From positions 480,568 to 544,567 of the forward strand of contig OZ025692.1 of NCBI GenBank assembly GCA_964019335.1: DNA of 64,000 bases. Direction: 5' to 3'. The first letter of the stretch is position 1. Every line of letters starts with the position of its first letter. The position numbers and the translations under genes are program-made. The notes below the pieces were generated by a model. That model saw nothing but the letters and a program-made list of their open reading frames with translations, was not told the origin of the DNA and did no database searches. The stretch is from Diplonema japonicum (Eukaryota > Protista > Euglenozoa: Diplonemea). Shown here in pieces: positions 47,364 to 56,697 of this stretch.

Positions 47364-49800
47364 CTTCTTCTTCATACCACAGACATGCACAGCTCCATCA
47401 AGCCATTTGCACCTATCTACTCCGGTGCACTGCAGCTGCAGGTATGTACAAATGTCTGGAAATGTTGTATTTGGATGTAATACAACCCAGCTGTGGTGAT
47501 CAATGTGGAACACAGAAGAAGCTACAACCCAGCCGCGGTGAGAGATATATGAGTTAAAGGACCTGCACAAGACTACTTGATTACAGGGGGTACACCACAG
47601 CTGAGTTGTAGCTTCTTCTGCGTTCCGTGTCGTGTCCTTAATGTGTGTGGTGCTCCATCAAGTGGGGTGAAAGTTGTTTGCCATCCCATCCCATCCCCTA
47701 AAATGGAATACAGGCCTGGACAGGACTCACAGGACTCCACAGGATGGGACTCAACAGGACTCACAGGACTCTCCCCAACACTGTCATTATTTTTGATAGT
47801 TTTGCAACTTTTTTTTTGCAAAGGGAAAAAAAAAAAAAAAAAATGGGGAAAAAAAAAGAGAAAAAAATCCTTGATTTTTTTTGACATACATGATGTGTTT
47901 ACCTTTTTTTTTTTCCCCTTCTTTTTTTCTTGTCTTCTCACATTTTTTCACACACCTAAGCCAAGCTGTTGTTTCTGCTTTCCACATCAAATGTTGTATT
48001 TGGATGTAATAGAAAAGGGGGGAAATAATAAATAATATGTATAAGAGGAGGGTGTGTATGTTATGTGCAGCTCAACACCAGCCATGGCCCTGGTAACTAA
48101 GATTCTGGGCCTGTGTAGTTTGCTGCCAGTTCATCACCCTGAGCATCTGCAATACGTTCCTCCACTTGGGCACAACTGGTGAACAACACATCTGATGTTA
48201 TTTCCATATTTCTGTGATCCCCACCACCAAATAACATGAAAGAGGTAAAGGAGACCAGTGACAGGGGGTGCACCTTGGCTGCTTCTGCGTTCCATGTCAT
48301 GTCCTTAATGCATGCAGTGTGCAGCTCAACCCCAGCTGGTGCCCTAAGTAGTTTACTCACCCTGAGCATGCACAAGAACTGTCTACTTGATTACAGGGGC
48401 ACACTGCAACCGAGTTGTAGCTTCTTCTGCATTCCGTGTCATGTCTTTAATGTGTGTGGTGTAGTTTGCTGCCTGTTTGTCACCCTAAGCATCTGCATTA
48501 TGTTCTTCCACTTGGGAGCTACCGGTGATGACCAATGAGGAGGTCAACAGTGAACAACACATCTGATGTTTTTTCATGCTATCCCCACCACCTTTGGAAT
48601 AATATACAAGAGTTAAAGGAGGCCGGTGTTGGCAGTGCCCTGCACAAGAACTGTCTACTTGATTACAGGGGGTGCACCGCAGCCGGGTTGTAGCTTCTTC
48701 TGCGTTCTGCATCGTGTCCTTAATCACTGTGGCCGAGTTGTAGCTTCTTCTGTGCTCCGTGTCGTGTCCTTAATGTGTGCAGGGTTCAGCTCAACCCTAG
48801 CCGGGGCGCCCTGGGTAACCAAGATTCTGCACTCGTGTGGTTTGCTCGGTGATGACCGATGAGGAGGTCAACAGCAAATAACACATCTGATGTTTTTCTT
48901 ATATTTTCATAAAAAGAAGATAAAAGTTTTTTTTTTTTTTTTTTTTTTTACCAACTCGGTTGAGGGTTTTATACCTAAGGTACCGAGGAGGGTGAACGAG
49001 GGGCCGAAGGCCACACCACAGCAGAAAGGTTCGATCAAGAGATAGATTGAGACTCTTCAGGCGTCCTGCCACATACAGCAGGTACCCTTAAATGTCTCTT
49101 TTCTTTTTCTTTCTTTTTTTTTTTTTTTTTATTAAGGTGGTGGGGATAACATGGAAATATAAGAAGTACATCAGATGTGTTGTTCGCTGTTGACCTCCTC
49201 GTCGGTCATCACCGGTAGCGCCCGAGTGGAAGAACGTAACGCAGATGCTCAGGGTGACGAACAGGCAGCAAACTGCATGAGTGCAGAATCTTGGTTACCC
49301 GGGACGCCCCGGCTAGGGTTGAGCACACCGCACGCATTAAGGACACGACGCGGAACGCAGAAGAAGCTACAACTCGGCCGAGGAGCGCCCCCTGTAATCA
49401 AGTAGGTAGTTCTTGCTTCATTGCACGCTTAACGCCACCTAGTGTTGCAATCAAAGCCCCATTTTTTTTTTTCTTCGTTTCTCGTTGTTTTTGTTGTTGT
49501 TGTCGTCTCTCAGTACCTGTGTAACATCTTTTCTTGTAGACATCTGTTTATATGTTTGAACTCTGCAGCAAAAAAAGGGGGGGATGTGGTGTTGTGGTTG
49601 TATCTTGTACGGTCCGGTTCAGTCCAGTCCAGTCCGGTCCGGTCCGGTCTGGTCCGGTCTGGTCCAGTCCGGTCCGGTCCGGTCCGGTCCAGTCTGGTCA
49701 GTCCGGTCAGTCCAGCATAATTGGGTCGAAATTCACGCCGGATCCGGTCCGGTCCGGTCCAGTCCGGTCTAGTCCTAATTAGGATTCACCCATCACTGCA
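44270..49800. repeat. Large imperfect inverted repeat built from MITE/TE fragments
   Basis: Inverted pairs: ~44340-44600/49465-49725, ~44640-45100/48465-48910, ~45340-45670/48065-48370 and ~46040-46522/47160-47650. Confidence 0.8.
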
Positions 49801-50108
49801 CTGAGCATGCACTTTTTCCCCCATACATACCTCTCTTGTTTATCAAAATATCACCATTTTTACGGTGGACGCCAAGAAAAAAAGCCAAGGAGAAGGAGTT
49901 TAGGGAGTAATTGAAAGACCTACGGCCCCAAAGAAGGTGGTGAAAACAGCCATGGTGGGCCAGCCCTGGCAGACAGGGAGCCTGAACACCAAGAACACTG
50001 CAGAGCCAAATTTGCATCCGGAATTTTCGGTTTTCAAACTTACAAAAACCCCCTGTAGGCATCTGCGAAAAAAAAAGTAAAAAAAGGGATGGGCAGTGTT
50101 GGCCAGAC

Positions 50109-50230
50109 CAGTGTTGGTCAGTCCCATCCCGTCCCCTAAAATGGAATACGGGCCTGGATGGGACTCACGGGACTCCATGGGATGGGACTCGACGGGACTC
50201 ATGGGACTCATGGGACTCTCCCCAACACTG
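50109..50230. mobile_element. CAGTG-ended MITE with (GGGACTC)n
   Basis: CAGTGTTGG..AGTCCC / GGGACT..CCAACACTG termini; related pieces at ~44247-44335 and ~47680-47782. Confidence 0.6.
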
Positions 50231-50584
50231 TCATTATTTTTGATAGTTTTGCAACCTTTTTTTTTTTTTTTTTTTCCCCTTTGGAAAGTAAGTACAGTAA
50301 AAAAAAGGGGGGTAAATACAAAGAATGAGAAGTTAAAATAACGCTCCATATTCGCTAAGTGACCCACCAGAACCCGCATTTTGAAGAGCTAAAAAAAATT
50401 CTAATTGCTTTTTCTAGGGTTGGAATGGATTTATTTGCGTCCGGGGCCCAATGTTCGACATATGGAATTTTTTTTTGTAATAAATTTTTTTTTGGTGATT
50501 TGCCTTACTTTGTACTATACAAAATGAAGCAGCTCCGGTGGAAAAAACACGGCACAAGTGGGGTTTGAACCCTGATGAAAAAAC

Positions 50585-50662
50585 GCGTCAGGATTCGAAC
50601 CCGCGACTCCTGGAACAAGGGGGCCTGACACGTGAGCATGGTAACCACTCTACCACACAGGA
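50585..50662 (-). other. tRNA-like Pol III promoter unit (SINE head or pseudo-tRNA)
   Basis: A box TGGTAGAGTGG and B box GGTTCGAATCC, followed by a T-run; no clean acceptor stem. Confidence 0.55.
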
Positions 50663-51367
50663 ATTCAATTTTTTTTTTTTTTTTTTTTCAAAATACCAAT
50701 GCAGGGCCGCCATGGAGAGCAACACCTGAGAAAAGGGAAAAGGGTGAAGGGAAACCATGGGGAAATAGGGAGGGCAAAGGACCAGGCTTCTGCAAGCAGG
50801 AGGAGCCCTGGTCCCCCACCAACCCATGCTCTGCTTTGGGACAGCCGAAGAGGGCTGAATTACATTATTCCCTCAGTCAAGTGAGAGAAAAACGGGGGCC
50901 TACCTTCCAGCTGGATGTCCTTCTTTGGCTGGAACCTCCGGCGGAAAGCCCCCCAGGGAGGTATTGCTCCTATTGAGCGAATCATTGGTGAGTGTGAAAA
51001 AAAAGGGGAAATGGGAAACAGTGAGAGGAAGGGGAAGGAAGGGAAAGGAAAGTGGGAAACACAACATTTCATTTTACACACACACGCGGGGCGATCCCTT
51101 AGCGCAGCACGGGGGCCGTGGGACCAGCGTCAAGAGAGACCGGAGGAGGGGGCGGCACGTTTGAAGGTGCAGTGACGTCTGTAGACGCCAGGGATGATGG
51201 CGAGGTGAACAGTCCAGAGCGTGACCAGGCGAGCAGGCCAGACTCAACAACGAGGTCGTAGATCTGGGTCACGCGTCTCGACAGGGAGAACGCTAGGGAG
51301 GGAGTACCAGCAGGAGTGTCGATCGCCCCCCTCCCGATCACAGGGCACCCACCGGGAGCCTAAAAAA

Positions 51368-51440
51368 ATCCGCTGGAGTGGGGCTTGAACCCGCTTCGCC
51401 TAGGTACAGGGCAAACCCCCCCCAACTAGACTACTACACC
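51368..51440 (-). other. Second tRNA-like A/B-box unit
   Basis: TAGTCTAGTTGG...GGTTCAAGCC followed by T7. Confidence 0.4.
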
Positions 51441-52882
51441 TTCGAAAATATTTTCGGCTGAACTACTGGTCAGGAAGATGCTGGAGCTGCCGTTCTTTCA
51501 TGTTCGACATATGGATTTTTTGAAAAAAAAAATTCAATGAACCTTTGGGCATTTTTGACATTTTTTCCCCTATAGCCCCCTATAACCCCTTTGGGACATA
51601 GGGCGGGTCACTTAGCGAATATGGAGCGTAAATAAAATAAAGAGTGTCAGTGGCCACCAGATGCAAAAAATGAAGACGAATGCCGAAAAAGCCCAAAATT
51701 GCTCAGAGTAAAAATCAGATTTTACTTTATTTTTTACAGCACTTTTTTAAGCCAAATTCAGCCTATTACTTTATTTTTATTCTTCACTTTATTTTTACTC
51801 ATGAATGATAAAGTGATTTCTGATTTTTATGGCTCTTTAGGAATTTTCCTCATGTAACTTTACAGAATTAAATAAAGTACAGTTAAAAAAGGGGGGTAAA
51901 TACAAAGAATGAGAAGGGTAAGTCATAAAGGAGAGAAAACCAACAGATAGACCATTACTAGGCCTAGTATAGGTACCCTTATGGAAAAAATCAATTTTTC
52001 TGAGGTAAAAAAACCACTTTTCAGGTGTTTTTGATCACTTTTTTTTTTTGTGGAATTTTTTTTTTTTTTTTTTTTTGGGCACTTTTTTTTGACCCCCCAA
52101 ACAACTTTCACCCCACTTGATGGAGCACCACACACATTAAGGACACGACACGGAACACAGAGAAGCTACAACTCGGCTGTGGTGCACCCCCTGTAATCAA
52201 GTAGACGATGTTGTGGTGATATAGTCACCACTTTCGACCTTGATGATGCAAAGGGGGAAAAAAAAAATGAAAAAAAAGGGGAAAAACAAAAAAAAAAAAA
52301 ATAGGTAAGGAATTCCCTGTTCCGCCGTTCTGCCAAGTTCCGACTTTCCAGTTTGGCAGAAGGGAACGGAACCACCCCTACCCTGAGGCCAGATTTCCAC
52401 TGAAAAAACCTTATAACAACAGCTGACCCCATCCTGGTTTCCTTAATAAACCTAGGACCCCTTTTTTTGAACTTTTGAAAACAAAAATGCCAAAAAAAAT
52501 GCAAGCCCCCAGCCAATACTTCTGGAAAATCTTGTCCCCCCTCATTCCCCTTACCTTCGTTCCCCCATTCCCCCTGTTCCCCCGAATTCTCTTGAGAGAA
52601 TTGTTCCCTCTGTTCCCAAGGGAATGACCCAACTTTGCGGGTTTGCGGGTTTGCTGTCATGAAGTGTCTTGGAAGGTTGTGATGAGAAGGTAGCTTGGCC
52701 GGCAGGGAGCTTAATTTTACCCTCGTGAACATTCTATGGCACATTAAACTTCAACCTCAAATGACCACCTTCTTAAAAGCAATTGAGGTTCATGACTTCA
52801 CATAAGAGATGTATTTCATTGTTATATGTACATGATCATCACACCACAGTTACATTCACACCATCAAACATGATCAGAAGAA

Positions 52883-54397
52883 ATGAGTGAGACAGACAAG
52901 ATCTGGGCTCGCATCGATGCAGTCGAAGAGAAGATTGCTGAAGAGAGGCGTGCTGTCAATGAGTTGCAGAAGGAGTACAATGCTGTCCGGTTGGGGTTGC
53001 TTGGTCTTAAAGGTGAACACAAAGAGAAACAAGAGCTGATTATGGTGATGGCCAAAGAACAACTGGAGAAGGCTGAAACTGCACTCGAGAAAGAGGAGGC
53101 TAAGGAGAAGGAGCTCCGAGACATGCTGAGGGAAGTTTCAGTTGCTTTGGTTACTGCCCAGGTATGTTGCATTTGGATAGCCTGTTGTTTGACACTCATC
53201 TAACACTCACAGGGAATGACGAAGCGCCAGAGTTCTCCATCAGGCCACACACCATACTCAGATGCCGCCAGACCCAAGAAGGACACTTTGCAAGTGCCTG
53301 CACCTCAAATGCCTGCTAAACAGGATGAGCAACAAAGCCCACCAAAGCCAGAGAGTGTTGCAGTTCCATTGTTGACTGCAGAACCTTGCTGGAAGTTATG
53401 CAGCACAGTGGTGAATGGAATCCAGTCAAAGGGTCTTAGGAAAAAGATCCTTACAGAGGCAGAAGGTCATGTGGCATACGATGGTACCATAGAGTATACC
53501 AAGGAAGGTGGCTCTTTGACAGGTAAGAGTGACTTAGAGATCACTCTTTACTTCAAGTGTGAAAAGGATGCACAGCTGATGGATACCTGCATTAAAACCT
53601 GTGCAAAGAAGTGGGGAGCAGAAGCGAAAGACAGGTCAGTTTCACAAGTGAAGCACGTGTGCGAAGTTAGAGTGGAAGATAACTCCTACAGGACTCCAGT
53701 CGACGACATTGAGTGGGGTGATAGGGAACGGTTTGAGCCACAGACAAGCCATTCGGAGCCCAGCACCATGGTCGAGGAAAGCGTTTACCTTGAACGAGGG
53801 TTTACAAGAGGAGGAGCACAACCACAGCGCTGCCACATCATTCCAAAGAGCTTGCTCAAAGAACTGCCAGATTTAAATAAGCACAACAGCAACTTCATTT
53901 ATCTTGAGCCAACGTTTCACTCGTTCTATGATGGTACCTCAGACAACCGTCCACCACACTTATCATTCTACTGCGACAGCATTCTGGGAAATACTTTGAC
54001 TATCAGAACAACGTTTTACACCGATGCTCCTCTTGAATATTTAAATATTCTTCGAACCCCTCATTCCCAGGTTGACAAGAGAGATTTCACGTTTAAGGTT
54101 GATCATCCAGATCCAGAGGTGTTCCAAGTACTGCTCAATCTCAGGCATGACTTCAATGAACTTGCTCAAACCACCAACCGGAACATACAAGTTTACCCAC
54201 TGTCGGTTATTATTGCAACGCTTGCTGGGGTGTTAGAAGTAGGCACATATGACTCCAAGTTCAAAGCTTCTATCTTTTTGTTATTTGGTGTTGACTCCAT
54301 TCACGTGTGCAAAAAGTGTGGTAGAAGTTTTGCAACGGCACTTGGCCTCGGAACGCATGACCGAAGCTGCAAAGAAGAAAACCCGTTCTGTCGTTAA
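52883..54397 (+). CDS. Coiled-coil + HNH endonuclease + zinc-finger protein (~487 aa); intron 53162-53212
   Basis: A 51-nt GTATGT...CACAG intron joins the 106-aa and 393-aa ORFs in frame. HNH motif CHIIP...NFIYL...FH.FYD; C-terminal CKKCGRSF.....LGTH...C. Confidence 0.78.
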
Positions 54398-54612
54398 ATA
54401 CGAAACTCTTTTAGAAACCTCTTCTTATTCCTTTGCTCCCCTAGATCTTTTATTTCCCATATCCTTCTCCACATACACCACACAAGGCTTACACATGTTA
54501 AACATGATAAAAATGTTACTTCACATTTATATCGACGCCGGACGATAGGCCAGTTCAGTGTACACCTTCCCGTCGGCACCTCTGATAGACTTGTCATCGT
54601 ATGATGTCGTTG

Positions 54613-54650
54613 CACCTACGATTCTAAGCTACAGTTTCTGTACTTTATTG
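54613..54650 (+). ncRNA. Spliced-leader (mini-exon) sequence
   Basis: CACCTACGATTCTAAGCTACAGTTTCTGTACTTTATTG. The 3' CAGTTTCTGTACTTTATTG is the conserved kinetoplastid/diplonemid SL end, and ACGATT..AAGCTA resembles the diplonemid SL as I recall it. Confidence 0.9.
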
Positions 54651-54800
54651 GTCGTTCGTGTTCTGCTGGTGCCTGGCAGGAGGACTATGGCCCGTTCTGC
54701 AGTGATGATTGGGGCCAGTATGTAGAGGAGATGGGCAGCGGCGACGTGAGGGGATCACCTGTGCCTAGCAGCCGCAGCACAAGCGTTGATTCTGTGGTTG
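54651..54800 (+). pseudogene. Decayed OTU-domain fragment related to the downstream retrotransposon
   Basis: With one frameshift it reads WQEDYGPFCSDDWGQYVEEMG.../*GDHLCLAAAAQAL, versus RGRFESFVDPIGFEAYIDYMA...WGDHLCLQAAVEVW at ~56830-56946. Confidence 0.7.
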
Positions 54801-54889
54801 GTAAGTCAGTGCAGTGTTGTTATGGGAGTTTTTTTGGGGGGGTGGGAGGGCAATTCTTTTTTTTTCTGAACACCCAATTTGGTCCCAAA

Positions 54890-55943
54890 AATGGATTGTG
54901 GGTTGTGAGGTGCAGAAGTCGGAAACATACCGCGAGTTCGAGTTCCCGAGGACGGTCCAGGATTTCCAGATCACGTATGCGTGTGGGTGTTCGGCGGTGC
55001 AACCTGTTCGTTTCAAGGGTGGCGTGCTCAAGGGGACTCTGGAAACGGCATGGAGAGTGGTCAAGTTGCAGACCCGGGGGTGCAGACACCACCCGACACC
55101 GGGGAAGGAAGGGGTAGTGGGCATTGCGGCGGGAGCCGGCGCTACCAAGGTGACACTACGTGAGTTCTTGGAGAGGTGCGACGCAAGGATAAGGGCCCCA
55201 GTGGGAAAGGTCAAGGACCTGATCAAAGTGAAGGCGTGGGTGAGGGATGGAAGGAAGGTCACCCTCGACGTCTACGAGGGGAGGGGGCCCTGCGAGAAGG
55301 AGACGAGGCGCACTGTCCAGGACCATCTGCGGAAGATGGGTGTTGAAGAGGTCGACCTGCAGTCAGCGGTGGTGACGGTCCCGGGGTTGTTCGAGGACGT
55401 CTCCTTTGAGAGGTACCTTGGGCTGTTGGCCCGGAAGAAGGAGGAAGACAGGGAGAGGCGGCCTGAGGTGGTTGCCACGGACCTCCCCACCCTGGAAGAG
55501 CTGAAGTGGAGCAAGAAGGACAAGAAGCGGGCCCGGGCCCGATCGGCCAGTACTGACTCGGATTGTGTGGAGGGTGGCTACATCTATCTGAAGGGTACGG
55601 GGGCGGATGGCACCGTGGTCGAAGCCAACATATGCAGGGGTGAGCTCAAGGGGATGACCGGGCCCAGTTCAAGTTCTTGGCGGAGCACAGGTTGATGGAA
55701 GAGCTGGGGAGCGACGACCTGGTGCGGGACACGGTCAAGGTGCGCAACAAGGAGAACTGGGCCCCAGTGAACAGTGCGGTGGCTTGGCTGCAGCTCGAGT
55801 CGGGGAGGGCACGGGTGGGGCCCATACCCCAAGAAGAGGTCCAAAGGCTCGCTGGCCAGATAGGCCAGCGGGGGTGTGGGGGGCTGTTCTCCCCCCCCCC
55901 CGCCATAGGAAGATGTGAAACTTTTTTTTTTTTTTTTTTCTGA
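54890..55943 (+). pseudogene. Retroelement-associated ORF of unknown function with a 1-nt frameshift at ~55665
   Basis: Same high-GC codon style as the RT ORF. The second copy (GGGCCCCAG at ~62208) has the extra C that restores the frame GPQFKFLAEH. No ATG start is evident. Confidence 0.6.
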
Positions 55944-56641
55944 GAAAAAAAAAAAAGGGAAAAATAAAAGAATAGGGAACAGGTGCTACAACGGCCAGGC
56001 TAGATAGAACCACTTAGATTTTTTTTTTTTTCCTTTTTTTTTTCTTTTTGTTTTTCCTTTTTTTTTTTTTTTTTTTTTTTATTTTTCTGTTTTTCTTTTT
56101 CTTTTTCTTTTTGAAGTGGAACCATCTCGGTCGACGTTTTTTTTTTTTTTTCTTTTTTCTTTTGTGGTGATGTGTTTTTCCTGTTTTTGATTTTCTTCTT
56201 CCCCCGCTCTATGCTTTTTCGCATGGACATTGGTCACTCTGCCCCTTTCCCCTTTTTTGATTCTCCCTCTTTCCCCCTCCTAAATTTTACCCCCTGCCCC
56301 ACTCATTCCTCCCTAGTATGTTTTTGAATTTGCCTCTTCTTCTTTTAAGCCTTTTTTGAGATTTTTATTTTTGAATTTTTATCATTTGGAGTTGCTTCTT
56401 CTTCTTCCCCTCTCCCTCCCATAAAGAAAAAGAGAAACCCATGCCTTCCTCCCAGGTTGGAACTTGATTGTCTGTTTTGGAATATTTTTATTTTCTCTTA
56501 AGATTTATCGTGCCTTGTGTGTCTTTTGAAGAAAAAAAAAAAAAAAAAACATTCTCAAGTCCCCCTTTTTATTTATTTTCTCAAGTCCCCCTTTTTATTT
56601 ATTTTCTCAAGTCCCCCTTTTTATTTATTTTCTCAAGTCCC

Positions 56642-56686
<45 letters not shown>
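55607..56686 (+). repeat. Copy 1 of the ~1.05-kb retroelement 3' end, with four 26-bp repeats and poly(A)
   Basis: Nearly identical to 62155-63196. Confidence 0.95.
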
Positions 56687-56689
<3 letters not shown>

Positions 56690-56697
56690 TGCACGAG

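Larger units (their letters stand above)
50341..51629. mobile_element. Non-autonomous TIR element with 25-bp perfect TIRs and a possible 5-bp TSD (AAATA)
   Basis: ACGCTCCATATTCGCTAAGTGACCC at 50341 and its exact reverse complement ending at 51629. Confidence 0.78.

Noticed and set aside
50585-50662. Functional tRNA gene
   Set aside because: A and B boxes are present but no acceptor stem or clear anticodon arm folds.
51871-51882. AATAAAGTACAG, reverse complement of part of the SL
   Set aside because: Only 12 nt in AT-rich repeat DNA, and the flanks do not continue the match.
56552-56648. CRISPR-like array
   Set aside because: Contiguous tandem repeats without spacers, in eukaryotic context with no cas genes.
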